DNA from: a virus
Lineage: Duplodnaviria; Caudoviricetes
Length of the DNA stretch: 35,677 nucleotides
Direction: 5' to 3' (one strand)
IMG/VR virus record: IMGVR_UViG_3300032218_000309
Location: 1 to 35,677 of that record
Both the position numbers and the translations under genes were made by a program. Below are positions 8,133 to 20,400 of the stretch, one piece after another; position 1 is the stretch's first letter; each line of letters starts with the position of its first letter. The notes beneath the pieces are model-generated. The model was not told where the DNA came from, searched no databases, and was given only the letters and a program-made list of their open reading frames with translations.

Positions 8133-11100
8133 ATGATACCAAACGATTATAAAACCTCAATAAGAATACCTTCTCAACTTCCTGAATTTATTCGGGACGA
8201 TGTGAACTATGAAACTTTTGTTTCATTCGTAGAAGCGTATTATGAATGGTTAGAATTAGCTAATACAGCCAATGCTAACACCACGATTGCTTCAACATCA
8301 GGTGAAGGTGTTACTTACGCTACTAAAAATTTATCTAATTATTCAGATGTAGATTCTACACTTGATGGGTTTTTGAAGTATTATATCAATGACTTTCTTC
8401 CTTACTTTCCAGAAAATGCTTTAGCCGATAAATCTAAAGTATTGAAGATAGCAAAACAACTTTACCAAACTAAAGGTACACCAGCTTCCTATAAGTTACT
8501 ATTCAGATTATTATACAATTCAAGTGCTGAATTATTAATGACTGGTGATTTAGTATTCCGTGCTTCTGCTGGTAATTGGTATGTTCCAAAGTATCTTAAA
8601 ATTAAAGGTGATATTACACTTTGGTTAACTGCAAATATGGAAACTTATCGAGTATTTGGTACAAAATCCAAATCTTTTGCCACAATAGAAAAAATTATAT
8701 TAAATGGAACTAAATGTGATGTTTATATTTCAAATATTGAAAGACTTTTTGAGTCGGGTGAAGGTGTTATTGTTGTTGATGCCAATAATCAAGACATTTA
8801 TGTTAAAGATGGTGTAATTTCTGAAAAAACTGTGCCTGGTTCTTCAACCGTTACAGGTAAAATTGTAGGTGCTTTATCGACAATTAGTATTGACCCAAAA
8901 TATAGAGGCACTACTTATAACGTTGGTGATCCTGTTGTTGTCTATGGTGGATTAACATCAAATACAGCAATCAGTGCATCTGCTGAAGTTTCTGAAGTAA
9001 CTAAAGGTTCTATTCAAAGAATTAACACTTTAGACGGTGGTTATGGTTATATACCAGGTGAAGCCACAATTAATTTTGCCACATATTCAAATACAACTAT
9101 TGAATTTATTCCAGGTCAAGGTGGTGCAGCTGCACACGTGGCTACTTTTGAAAATCAAGGTTATTCTAATGTCAATACTGTCGATCTTGATAGAATATCA
9201 ATTAAACAAAACATCGTATTAGGAAATGCAAATTATTATTTTGCTAACTCAGACATTGTATCTTCAGTGAATGTAAATACTCGATTAGTTGATGCATTTA
9301 CCTTTATAGAAGAAATAAAAGGATATCCAATTAGCTCTGTTGCTGTAGATAATGGTGGTGGAGGATTCTCTCAATTACCTATAGCTATTGCCAAAACACA
9401 CTTCTATGATGTAGATACTGGTGGTCAACATGACCTTGATCAAATTGGTATGTTAGCGCCTATTGAAATTGTTCATCCAGGTATAGGATATAAAGTTAAT
9501 GATAGAATTACTATTGATGGTGGTCATGGCTATGGTGCATCAGCCAATGTAAAAACTGTTGATGGTAGTGGTTCAATTACATCTATTGAATATGTTCCTT
9601 ATGAAGATTTTACTACAATATATCCAATAGGTGGAACAGGTTACGACATCGAAGATGTATTAGGTACAGGTATAGCTCCACAATTAACAGCTAGTGTCAG
9701 TTCAAATGTGGCCGTAAGTTCTATCACTCAAGGTAAATTTGACTTATGGGAAATCGTATATCAATCAACAACAGGTGACTATGATGAAACTGTATTTTGG
9801 GGTGGAGTAGTTAATGGTATCGATACAACAAACAAAGCACTTAAAGTTTATAATGTTCAAGGAACTTTAAACAAAACTTATCCTATCACTGGCATCAATG
9901 GTAATACTGTAACTGCAACATCAAATACAATAAATGGTATTGGTGCTGAATTGTTTGTTCCTGGTATTTTAGGATACGGTGCTGTATTTCAATTAACTAC
10001 AGACCGAATTGGTTCTATTACTAAAATTAAGATTACCGATCCAGGTGAAGATTATATTTCTTCTCCTAAAGTGTCATTTAGAGTTCAAGATTTATGCGTA
10101 ACAGGTATCACTGATATTGATGCAATCACCGCAGGTTCAATGTTATTTCAAGGTGAAGATGTCGATAATGCAGATGATACTATGGATGTTGATGTTGCGC
10201 CATATCAAGCTTATGTTGATAGAATTACTATATTAACAGAAACGGGTATTGTTGAAAATAATATCTATAATTTAAGAGTCTATAATTATTTTGGTACTCC
10301 TTCATTATATGATGCAGGCAATGCAGCCAATACAGTATTACAAATTGATACTGAAATTAATCCATATCCACAAATGATTTTAACAACGGCAAAAGATGCC
10401 AATTTGGGTTATGTTAATGGTGTTAAAACATATGGTGATGGTACAGCACGTGGTAGTTCTAAATTCTTAAATGGTTTAATATTTGGCCAAGGCATCTATT
10501 TGGACACTAAAGGACAACCAAGTTCTTATTCAGTAATACAAAGCAGAAATTATAATGACTATACATATATCTTATCTGTTGAACAACCTATTTCAAAATA
10601 TAGAAATATATTAAAGAATCTATTACATCCAGCTGGTATGAAAGTTATCGGCCGTGACTTATTGAAAAATGAAAAAGCATTTAACGTGGGCCATGATTCT
10701 GGTACATCACAAATTAAATCATTGCAGTATTGGGCTAATTGGCCAGTAGGTAATCCATATGCTTATGTCACTATGAATGTATCTGGTATTATTGCCAATT
10801 CAATGATTAAAGTGGTTTCTGGTGGTAAAGGATATTCACCAAGTACCACTGTAGCCATTAATGCTATTGATGGTAAAGGATCAGGTGCGACCGCAGTAGC
10901 TAATATTGCTAATGGTGTGATTGTTTCTATTGATGTGACTAATCCAGGTTCTAATTATATTCTTAGTCCAGATATTATTGTTTCAGACCCAACGACACGT
11001 GCTGGTAATGCTAATGTTTCATTATCTGTTTCAATTGATTTATCATCTAATGTGATGGTAATTAAAAATATGAACGGCGGTAGTCTTGAATCAATAACTC

Positions 11101-11630
11101 AAGATAGTCATTGGATTACTGTCTATCCTGAACAATCAAATGGTAACTGTAAAGTATATTCAACCACGAAAGAATATGATGATGCAAACTCTATCATTAT
11201 ATTGGAAGATGATACATTCTTCACTTTCCCTAATGTCATTTATGGTTATGCAAACGCAAATTCAATTGCTGTGACTGTTTCCGATATGAGTATTACTGAT
11301 ACTCCTGTTTACGACATCGTTAATGGTAAAAATTACAGTAATACTCAAAATCATTTAGAAGATATTGTTTTTGCTGGTGATAATATAACAGTGGCTGGAA
11401 ACACTTATGTCGTTCAATCTGTTGATTATAATGCACATCTAATTTATATTCTAAATGCGGCAGGTATATTAGGCACACAAGAAGGTGAAACATTAGAAAC
11501 CGAAACTGGTGTCAATAATCTATTGGTTGGATCATATTCATTAATTTTTGGAACTGCAGAAAATCCTGTTCCAATGACGATAAATAGAAGTATATCAACG
11601 GGTAATGTCTTCATTAAGACACTCATATAA
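8133..11630 (+). CDS. gp7: Baseplate wedge initiator, T4 gp7-like
   Basis: SQLPEFIRDD...FV.F.EAYYEWLE, K.LY.TKGT.ASY.LLFRLLY and IQS..Y.DY.Y...KY...LK.LLHPAGMK..G motifs, with repeated I.V..GG.GY modules. Follows gp6. Confidence 0.85.
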   Translation: MIPNDYKTSIRIPSQLPEFIRDDVNYETFVSFVEAYYEWLELANTANANTTIASTSGEGVTYATKNLSNYSDVDSTLDGFLKYYINDFLPYFPENALADKSKVLKIAKQLYQTKGTPASYKLLFRLLYNSSAELLMTGDLVFRASAGNWYVPKYLKIKGDITLWLTANMETYRVFGTKSKSFATIEKIILNGTKCDVYISNIERLFESGEGVIVVDANNQDIYVKDGVISEKTVPGSSTVTGKIVGALSTISIDPKYRGTTYNVGDPVVVYGGLTSNTAISASAEVSEVTKGSIQRINTLDGGYGYIPGEATINFATYSNTTIEFIPGQGGAAAHVATFENQGYSNVNTVDLDRISIKQNIVLGNANYYFANSDIVSSVNVNTRLVDAFTFIEEIKGYPISSVAVDNGGGGFSQLPIAIAKTHFYDVDTGGQHDLDQIGMLAPIEIVHPGIGYKVNDRITIDGGHGYGASANVKTVDGSGSITSIEYVPYEDFTTIYPIGGTGYDIEDVLGTGIAPQLTASVSSNVAVSSITQGKFDLWEIVYQSTTGDYDETVFWGGVVNGIDTTNKALKVYNVQGTLNKTYPITGINGNTVTATSNTINGIGAELFVPGILGYGAVFQLTTDRIGSITKIKITDPGEDYISSPKVSFRVQDLCVTGITDIDAITAGSMLFQGEDVDNADDTMDVDVAPYQAYVDRITILTETGIVENNIYNLRVYNYFGTPSLYDAGNAANTVLQIDTEINPYPQMILTTAKDANLGYVNGVKTYGDGTARGSSKFLNGLIFGQGIYLDTKGQPSSYSVIQSRNYNDYTYILSVEQPISKYRNILKNLLHPAGMKVIGRDLLKNEKAFNVGHDSGTSQIKSLQYWANWPVGNPYAYVTMNVSGIIANSMIKVVSGGKGYSPSTTVAINAIDGKGSGATAVANIANGVIVSIDVTNPGSNYILSPDIIVSDPTTRAGNANVSLSVSIDLSSNVMVIKNMNGGSLESITQDSHWITVYPEQSNGNCKVYSTTKEYDDANSIIILEDDTFFTFPNVIYGYANANSIAVTVSDMSITDTPVYDIVNGKNYSNTQNHLEDIVFAGDNITVAGNTYVVQSVDYNAHLIYILNAAGILGTQEGETLETETGVNNLLVGSYSLIFGTAENPVPMTINRSISTGNVFIKTLI
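11579..11586 (+). promoter_or_regulatory. Possible late promoter GATAAATA
   Basis: ATAAATA core in the 3' end of gp7, 61 nt before the fibre gene ATG (AGGA SD present). Confidence 0.45.
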
Positions 11631-11647
11631 GAAATATAGGACTTTAA

Positions 11648-13066
11648 ATGGCTAATATTAAATTAACCGAACTATCAGAATTAATAACTGCAAACAATCA
11701 AAATACCATATTCTATGTGGCTGATTTGAGTGTTAGTCCAAATATATCTCATTATATTCGATTAGGTCATTTTACCTCAGATAATGGTATAGCTTATATA
11801 GCATACGCTGAGGCTAATAATGCTTTAATAAAAGCAAATACTGCTTTATCTGTTGGTTGGAATGCAAATATAGCATATAACCAAGCAAATTCTGCATATT
11901 CTTTCTCTAACACAGGATATACTCAAGCAAACAATGCAGCTTCATTCGCTAATGGTGCTTTCACTAAAGCCAACTCTGCTGGTTCTTTTGCCAATGGTGC
12001 TTTTGCTCGAGCTAATTCATCATATGACTTTGCTAATACCGGTTATACTCAAGCTAACAATGCAGCTTCATTTGCCAATGGTGCCTTCACTAAAGCAAAT
12101 AGTGCTGGATCATTCGCCAACGGTGCCTTTGTTGCTGCTAACAGTGCAGCTTCATTTGCTAATGGTGCTTTTGCTTGGGCTAACGCAGCTTATAATTTTG
12201 CTAATACATTAGCTTTAAATAACATAACAACTATTGTATTCAATCGTGCTAATGCAGCTTTTTCTCAAGCAAATAACTCCTTTAATGTTGCCAATTTAGC
12301 CTATGCTCAAGCCAATATTGCTACTCCAGCATTTAATCAGGCTAATAATGCCTTTAATGTTGCTAATGCAGCTTTTTCTCAAGCAAATAACTCCTTTAAT
12401 GTTGCCAATTTAGCCTACTCTCAAGCAAACTCAGCTGCTTCATTTGCCAATGGTTCTTTTTCTGGAGCAAATAGTGCTTTCAATATTGCCAACTTAGCTT
12501 ACTCACAAGCTAATAGTTCTTTCAATAGAGCAAATGCATCGTTTACTCAAGCAAATAATGCATTTAATGTTACGAATGTATCATTTGGTGTTGCTAATAC
12601 TGCATGGTATCAAGCCAATCTTTCTTTCAATAAAGCAAATACGGCAGTTATTAAAACTGGTGATGGTATTACCGGTGTAGTAACTTCACCAACCGCAGCT
12701 AACGGCACAAGTAACACAATGATTGCCAGCACACAATTTGTTAATAATCATTTAGCATTATATGCTTCTGGTTTAGGTATTGGCCAAACATGGCAAGATT
12801 TAACATTATCTAGAGCTTATGGAACTTCATATACCAATTCAACAGGCAAACCAATTATGGTTAATGTAAGAGGTTATGATGGCAATGGTTCTGAACCTTC
12901 TGAGTTTTATGCTTTACGTGGTTTTGTTAATGGCGTAGAAATTTGTTTTGGAATGTATTTTGTAAGTGTTCTTGTTCCAAATGGTGCAACATACAAAGTT
13001 ACAGCAGAAAATTGGTCAGCCAGTGCTGATGGAGATTGGGGTAAATATTGGATGGAATTGAGATAG
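11648..13066 (+). CDS. Tail fibre / receptor-binding protein (Ala-Asn heptad stalk plus C-terminal tip domain)
   Basis: N-terminal MANIKLTEL, long A(F/Y)xxANx repeats, the fibre motif PTAANGTSNTMIASTQFV and C-terminal GLGIGQTWQDLT.SRAYGTSYTNSTGKPI.V.V...VPNGATYKV...WMELR typical of phage fibre tips. Confidence 0.75.
   Translation: MANIKLTELSELITANNQNTIFYVADLSVSPNISHYIRLGHFTSDNGIAYIAYAEANNALIKANTALSVGWNANIAYNQANSAYSFSNTGYTQANNAASFANGAFTKANSAGSFANGAFARANSSYDFANTGYTQANNAASFANGAFTKANSAGSFANGAFVAANSAASFANGAFAWANAAYNFANTLALNNITTIVFNRANAAFSQANNSFNVANLAYAQANIATPAFNQANNAFNVANAAFSQANNSFNVANLAYSQANSAASFANGSFSGANSAFNIANLAYSQANSSFNRANASFTQANNAFNVTNVSFGVANTAWYQANLSFNKANTAVIKTGDGITGVVTSPTAANGTSNTMIASTQFVNNHLALYASGLGIGQTWQDLTLSRAYGTSYTNSTGKPIMVNVRGYDGNGSEPSEFYALRGFVNGVEICFGMYFVSVLVPNGATYKVTAENWSASADGDWGKYWMELR
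12247..12417 (+). repeat. Exact 57-bp direct repeat inside the fibre gene (12247-12303 = 12361-12417)
   Basis: tgctaatgcagctttttctcaagcaaataactcctttaatgttgccaatttagccta occurs twice, offset 114 nt. Confidence 0.9.
12419..12510 (+). repeat. 92-bp repeat shared with 22138-22229 (one mismatch)
   Basis: Manual alignment is identical except G12464/A22183. Confidence 0.88.
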
Positions 13067-13074
13067 GATAAAAT

Positions 13075-14457
13075 ATGTCAGCAAATACAGGAGTAGTAAC
13101 CCACGGTGGTGCAACGCATGAAGTGAATCAATATTATGATTCAGTTATTGTTCAGTTGCCTGGTACCGGCCATACAAAAACGACAAAATATTGTTTCTTG
13201 TCAAGAGTTGATCCATGGGACGATCCAAATACGGAACCTAATGAAGAAAATACTCCACCAACTCCTTTATTAAGTCAAGAAAATTTAAGAAATGTATATA
13301 AAAACATGTTTGTTATTAAACGTGTTTATCCACAAGATATGCGTCCTATGATTGACCGTATTGATTGGACTGTAAATACTGTTTATGATATTTATCGAGA
13401 TGATATTGATATTATTGCTCGTGATGCTAATGGTCACATGATCTATAAACACTATATTAAGAATCGTTTTGACCAAGTATTCAAATGCTTATGGAATAAT
13501 AGTGGTGGCGAATCAACAGATGAACCTTATTTCCAACCAGGTACTTTAAATTCAAGTGGCATCTATACAGGTACAGACAAGTATAAATGGATTTACATGT
13601 ATACAATCGATGCAGCTTTAAAACAAAAATTCTTAGATAATGTTTGGATGCCAACACCATTAGCAAATGGTGCCGGTTTTGGTGCCAATACGGTAAATTC
13701 TGGTAATATTCCAGTAGTTAATCCGATTGCAGTGGGAACTGGATATGCTTCAAATACAGTCATAAAAATTATAGGTGCTAATACAAGACCAGCCGTTGTA
13801 TCTGCTTTAATTCAAGACGGTTCTATTATTGATTATGTTGTATCTGATCCGGGTGAAGGTTACATAAAAGCTAATGTGGAAATAATTTCCACTACAGGTG
13901 TTGGTGCTATTGCCAGTGCAAACGTATCACCTATAGGTGGTCATGGATCTGATCCTTTTGAAGAGTTTGGTGCTTCACATATTATGGTCACTAATACATT
14001 CACGGAAGATGAAACTAATTTAATTCCAACAAATATTAATTATAGACAAATTGGTTTTGTTATTAATCCTGTGGCTAAAAGTTCATATCCTTATCAATGT
14101 GAAAAATCTACTTATTCAACAACCACTGATATAATTGTTTCAAATGGTTTTGATTCATATATTTCTGATGAAATTGTATATCAAGGAACAGACCTAGCCA
14201 ATGCTACGTTTATTGCTACTTGTTTAAGTTTTAATAACAATACCAATGTATTAAAGCTCATAAATACATCAGGAACCGTATCAAACGGTTACACACTTAT
14301 TGGTAACTCAACAAAAACCACTAGAACAGTTTTAAATGTAACTACACCTGATTTTATACCATATTCGGGTTATATTACATACATAGAAAACAGAGCAGGT
14401 ACTCAACGTAGTGCAGATGGTTCTGAACAAGTTAGATTAGTTGTAGGATTTAATTAA
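13075..14457 (+). CDS. gp8: Baseplate wedge subunit, T4 gp8-like
   Basis: R..PW.D...PP.P, K.V...D....I.RIDW....YD.Y, VFKCL.N..G..STDEP, D.YKW.YMY.I, SP.GGHGSDP..E.GA, YRQIG...NP and YSG.I.YIENR....RS.D..EQVRLV..F motifs. Confidence 0.92.
   Translation: MSANTGVVTHGGATHEVNQYYDSVIVQLPGTGHTKTTKYCFLSRVDPWDDPNTEPNEENTPPTPLLSQENLRNVYKNMFVIKRVYPQDMRPMIDRIDWTVNTVYDIYRDDIDIIARDANGHMIYKHYIKNRFDQVFKCLWNNSGGESTDEPYFQPGTLNSSGIYTGTDKYKWIYMYTIDAALKQKFLDNVWMPTPLANGAGFGANTVNSGNIPVVNPIAVGTGYASNTVIKIIGANTRPAVVSALIQDGSIIDYVVSDPGEGYIKANVEIISTTGVGAIASANVSPIGGHGSDPFEEFGASHIMVTNTFTEDETNLIPTNINYRQIGFVINPVAKSSYPYQCEKSTYSTTTDIIVSNGFDSYISDEIVYQGTDLANATFIATCLSFNNNTNVLKLINTSGTVSNGYTLIGNSTKTTRTVLNVTTPDFIPYSGYITYIENRAGTQRSADGSEQVRLVVGFN
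14259..14266 (+). promoter_or_regulatory. Possible late promoter CATAAATA inside gp8
   Basis: Same CATAAATA variant as the intergenic sites, about 200 nt before the 2331-aa gene. Confidence 0.4.
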
Positions 14458-14467
14458 AGGATAACAA

Positions 14468-17400
14468 ATGGCACTAAATTTTAATGTTGACCCATATTAT
14501 GACGATTTTGATCCAGCGAAGAATTTTCACAGAATTCTTTTCAAACCTGGATATGCCGTTCAAGCTAGAGAATTAACCCAATCTCAAACTATACTCCAAG
14601 ATCAAATTTCAAAATTTGCTAGCCATATTTTTGAAAAAAATACTCCTGTATCTGGCGCTAAGGTCACTTATAATTTAAAAGCAAATTACGTTAAACTCAA
14701 TACAACTATAAATGGTGCAGCTATTGATGTCACCAAATTTGATGGTATTTTAGTTCAAAATGTAACAGGTGATGTTATTGCTAGAGTTCTTGCAGTGGCT
14801 GAAGAATCTGGTGGTGATCCCCCAACATTAGTAGTTTCTTACCTATCCGGTTCACAGTTTAAAAATTTTGATATCATCTATTCAGTTGACAATGCAAACC
14901 TACAATGTCAAGCTATTGTTTCAAAAGCTATTGGCCAAAGTTCTGTCGCTTCAATTTCAGAAGGTGTATTTTATGTGATTAATGGGTTCGATCAATCATT
15001 ACTCACATCTTCTACATATTCTATTGGTAATTTTGTTAATGTATTACCACAAACAGTTATTATGGAAAAATATGGAATAACTCCTTCGGTCAGAGTTGGA
15101 CTTAACATTACAGAAACAATTTATGATTATACTAATGATGTTAGTCTATTAGATCCGGCTGATGGTTCACCAAACTATCAAGGTCCTGGTGCTGATCGAT
15201 ATGTTATTACTTTAAATTTAGAAACTCGTCCTCTCACATTAGGAGATGATGATGGATTTATTGAAGTATTACGTGTAGAAAATGGTAATATTTTAAAACA
15301 AATTGATGGAACAGTATATTCTATAATTGATGATTATTTTGCTAAAAGAACATTTGATACTAATGGTGATTATATTGTTAGGGATTTTAAATTATCAACA
15401 TCAGCTAATACATATAACAACAACTACTATGATTTAAAAATTGGTAAAGGTGTTGCTTATGTTCATGGTTATCGTTTAGAAAATCAATCAGATTTTACAA
15501 TTACAACACAAAGATCACGAACAACAAAATCCGTTACTAATGATCCAACACTTATTCAATATGGTAACTATTTCTATGTAAATACTGCAAACGGTATTCC
15601 AAATTCATCTACATTACCTACAGTTGATTTACATTTAGTTCCATCAGCAAGTATTAGCACAATTGCTACTTCTGCTAATGCGGCTACATACAATTCAACT
15701 AAAGTTGGTACCGCTAAACTTAGAGGTGTAGATTTTGATCGTTTTGGTGGTTCAACTAGTCAAACTGCACAGTATGTTTATAAAACATATTTAACTGATA
15801 TCACTAATACAACATTAACATCAAATGTTAGAGTTGGAAGCACATCAGCAAATGTTGCCTTATTTGATATCACTGGTAAATTCTCAACCATAAATGATGC
15901 CTATGTTGGTGTAACTGTTACTGTTGATTCTGGCACAAGTTCTGGAGATGTTCGTAAAGTTACAGCATACAATCCAACAACAAAAACTTTAACTGTTGAT
16001 ACTCCATTCACAATAACTCTTGATACAACATCTAGTGTTACTTTAAGATTTGCAATTAAAGATGTTGAAGCATTAATGAAAATTAATACGTCTAATTATA
16101 AAATTCTCGCAAATGCAAACATCAGTGTTGTGAGTAAAGATAATGGTTTAGCTTCAGGTAATACTGTCTTAGCTCAAGCTTCTTCTAATCCAGAATTGAT
16201 TTATCCAATTGGATATCAATACGTAGCTAATACATCTGATACGTCTTATGAAACAACATGGATTAAAGAAGATATTGGTTTTGGTGCAACGTCAGCTACA
16301 CTCTCTTTAGATGCAGCTCCTTTAGCATTTTTAAGTGAAAATCCAGAAGATTATATTATTGTTAATCAAACAACAGGCGCAATTGGTTCTATTGCTAACT
16401 TAACTTCTGTCACATTATCATTAGATCAAAAAACTGCAACATTTGCTATAGCAGGAAGTTCCGATTTATCTAATATTACTGCAACAGTATCTACAAAAGT
16501 TGCTGTAACAGGAGCTGATAACGCATCATATATTCAAAAAAGAAAAAATCTATTTACTTCCAATATTGATAATGCAAATACGACAGGTACAAAAATTGTT
16601 TTATCTGATGCAACCAAAGCTAATGGTAACGTATACGTTTCATTAGTTGATGCGCAAGCATGGATACAAGCAAATGCAATCACAACACTGTCTACAGGTC
16701 AATCATTATATGTTTCTGATGTTAAACGTATTGTAAAAATTATTGATACATTAGAAAAGAATACGCCTCCAACAGATACAATGTTAGCTAGTGGTGTAAA
16801 TAATGTTACATCATATTATTCATTAGATAATGGCCAACGAGATAGTTATTATGGTCACGCATCTATTAAATTATTACCAGGTAGACCGGCACCTAAAGGT
16901 GATCTATTAGTTCTATTTGATTACTATCAACAATCACTAGATCAAGGTGATGGTTATTTTTCTGTCGGATCTTATTTAAATTCTGCTAATCCAGAATCTT
17001 ATGCTCAAATTCCATCATACACGGCTAAAAATGGTAAATCATATTCATTAAGAGATTGTTTAGACTTTAGGCCTACAGTTTCCAATGCTCAACCTAATTT
17101 TGTTTTAAATAAACACTATGTGTATTCATATCTTCCAGTTAATGGATCAATATTCACGGCAGATTATAATTATTATTTGGCAAGAAAAGATAAACTCATT
17201 TTAAGTAAAGATAGAAACTTCCAAATTATTGAAGGTACTCCGTCTGTTACACCTCTATTACCTGTTGAACCAGATGGTTCTTTAGTAATTGCCAATCTAT
17301 TTTTAGATCCATATACAGCTTATGTTCCAAGTGAAGCTCCTCGTGGAAGTTTACCTAATCTATCACTTGAAAAAGTTAAACACAAACGTTGGACAATGCA

Positions 17401-20400
17401 AGACATTTCTAATATGGAAGTTCGTGTTAATAATATTGAATATTATACAGCGCTTAATGCCTTAGAGAAAAATGCTTATTCTTTACAAGTACCTGATGTT
17501 AATGGACTTAACAGATTTAAGAATGGTATTCTTGTAGATGACTTCTCAAGTTTTGCTACTGCTGATACTGTTAATTTAGATTTCAATTCTTCTATCAATC
17601 GTAGAGAAAAGAAATTAACAGCTGCTCACGATGTAACTAATTTCCCATTACATTCACAACAACTTATTAATTCATATAGACAATTATCACCAACAGCAGC
17701 TAATAATTTAGGATTTAGTGTAAAAACAATTGGTCAAACAACCATTTTCACTTTACCATATACAACTGCAAATCTTGCTTCACAACCTTTAGCAAGTAAT
17801 ACAGTTAATATTAATCCATTTGCTGTAAGAATTAATCAAGGTGTGATGACATTAAATCCTCCAATGGACAATTGGGTAGATGACACTGCTCTTCCTGATT
17901 TACTTATTGTTGATCCTAGCTTACAAATATTCCAAGCAGGTAATACGGTTAATATTTTACAAACTGGTGATTGGAAACCTGTTCCAGGAACGACTTCAAC
18001 TGCATCATCAACAAATGTAAATACAACAACAACACCTACATCTGCTGGTGGTTCAACAATCACCACAACAGCCACAACAACAACACAAACATATGCAACA
18101 TTATCACAATCAACTGTCTTAGGTGCATATGATAAATTAGGCACATCATATAATCAAACTAATGGTTATATTACAGATATTAGTATCTTACCTTATATTA
18201 GAGCTCAACAATTAGCATTCACTGCTAAAGGTATGTTAATCAATACACCCGTAACTGCATGGTTTGATGGTGTAAGTGTTGATAGATATATTAATGGTTG
18301 TGATACTATTGAATTGAAGAATGTTTTTGGAACATTTAAAGCTGGTGATTTAATTGGTGATGTTTATGAAACTGTTTTCTATCCTTTAGCTACAATCGCT
18401 TTTGTTTACAAATATCCAAATTCAAGTAATGTTCGATTGAGTATTATTGGAAATCAAAGTTCAGCTACAATTGATATTACGAAGATTGAAAATTCTGTAT
18501 ATGATTCTACAGGATCAAGAACAGGTAATACTGCATTTGGAACTCCTGTAACAACAAATAATATCATATCAATCCATAGAACAGGATTTATTTCTGGTGT
18601 GGGTGCTTCAATCACTGATGCAGGTCCAACACCTACTGCATGGAAATTCTATAAAGTTAATCAAACACGTTATGGCGCTTTCAATCAAAAATATGGTATT
18701 TGGAGTTCTGCTAACGGAAGTGGTTTATATTTAACTAATTCTACAGGCACAGGCGCTGTATTTAATTTTAATGTTCCAGCAACGGGAACTTATTATATCA
18801 AACTTGGCGGTGAATTTGCTGAGGGTGAAGTTGGATCATATAATGCAAATGTTAATAATATTCCTGTCACATTTGTTGCTGATGGAACAAATACTAAAAA
18901 AGGTACAGTATCATTAACAAAAGGCACTGCTAATATCTCATTTACTATGAGATCAACATCTAGTGATTCCGATTCTCTATTTGCATTAGCTATCTCTTCT
19001 GCCGCTTGGGGTGCTGCTGATAAAGATGTTGGAGCAACTACATCAGGCACAGTAGTATTTGCAACTGATAATTTACAATCTACTGCACCAATTACTAATG
19101 TTTCTACCAACACTGCATTACCTGGTGGTGGTATCTATTATACTAAAGTTAGACAAATTGCATTAGCTGGAGTTGCTAATACAGCTAATGATTATTATAA
19201 TAACTGTACCATTAAAATTAATTCTACTAATGTGATATATGATTCAGTAGCTAAAACATATACACTACAACCTCAAACATATAATGCTAAAATTGTAAAA
19301 TATATTGGGTCAAATACAACTTGTATTTTAGATTCTGATGTTAGTATTTCTATGGGTTACAATGCAAATCTAAAGAGTGACCTCACGTCATCATATAGTA
19401 TTGATGGTACAGCAAACAGTCATATTTTAGCTATAGGTGCTGGTACCGTTCCTAAATTGTCAACAGATGAAACTGGTAGTTTGTCAGCTGTATTTAATAT
19501 TCCACCAAATACATTTAAAACTGGTGAAAGATTATTTAAGATTGATAATCGTTTAGTTCTTACTGATCCCAATTCAGCAACATCATTCTCTGAAGCAACA
19601 TTTACAGCAGCTGGTTTAGCAACTAAATCACAATCAATAGATTTTGCAGCTTCAATTGATGCTGCTGCTGGTACATTTACTAGAACCAGCACATTAGCAA
19701 ATCAATTAATTAACACATCAGTGTCTTCTAATACTTCTGTGGTAAATGTTCCTCCACCACCTCCTCCACCAGCTGTTGATCCGGTGGCACAAACATTTAT
19801 TATTGATAAAACTAATTTCCCAAATGGTGCTTTCGTTAATTCTATTAAATTATTTTTTAGAACTAAACCAACAACCACAAATTCTCCAATATCATTAAGT
19901 ATCATTGGAACAGAAAATGGTTATCCAAATGGTAAAAAATTAGATCATTCTATTGTAACTTTAACTGCTGATCAAATTAAGGTTTCAACAACACCACATT
20001 ATCTAGATCCAACTACATATACCGAATTTGTATTTGATTCTCCTGTTTATATACAATCTGATGTATTGTATGCTTTCTTATTAGAGTCGCCTTCATTAGA
20101 ATATAATTTATTCTTAGCGGCTCAAAATGCAATAGCAATACCTTCTTCAGTTAAGAATTTACCAACCGATCCAACACCAACAACAGTCACTAAGATTGGT
20201 GTTGCACCATATGTTGGTGGTTTATTTGAATCACAAAATGGTATCACATGGTCTGTTGATCAAAGTAAAGCTTTAATGTTTATTATTGATCGATGTAGAT
20301 TTGATACATCTAAAAATCCAAAAATACCATTTGTTGTGCCAAGAAATCTACCTTATAGAAAATTGACAAAAGATGAGATTAGAAATTACTATGATGCCAA

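Noticed and set aside
672-14457. Bacterial contractile injection system (T6SS/eCIS/tailocin)
   Set aside because: Head-related gp2/gp4, T4 late promoters and the VrlC-like gene indicate a true T4-like phage.
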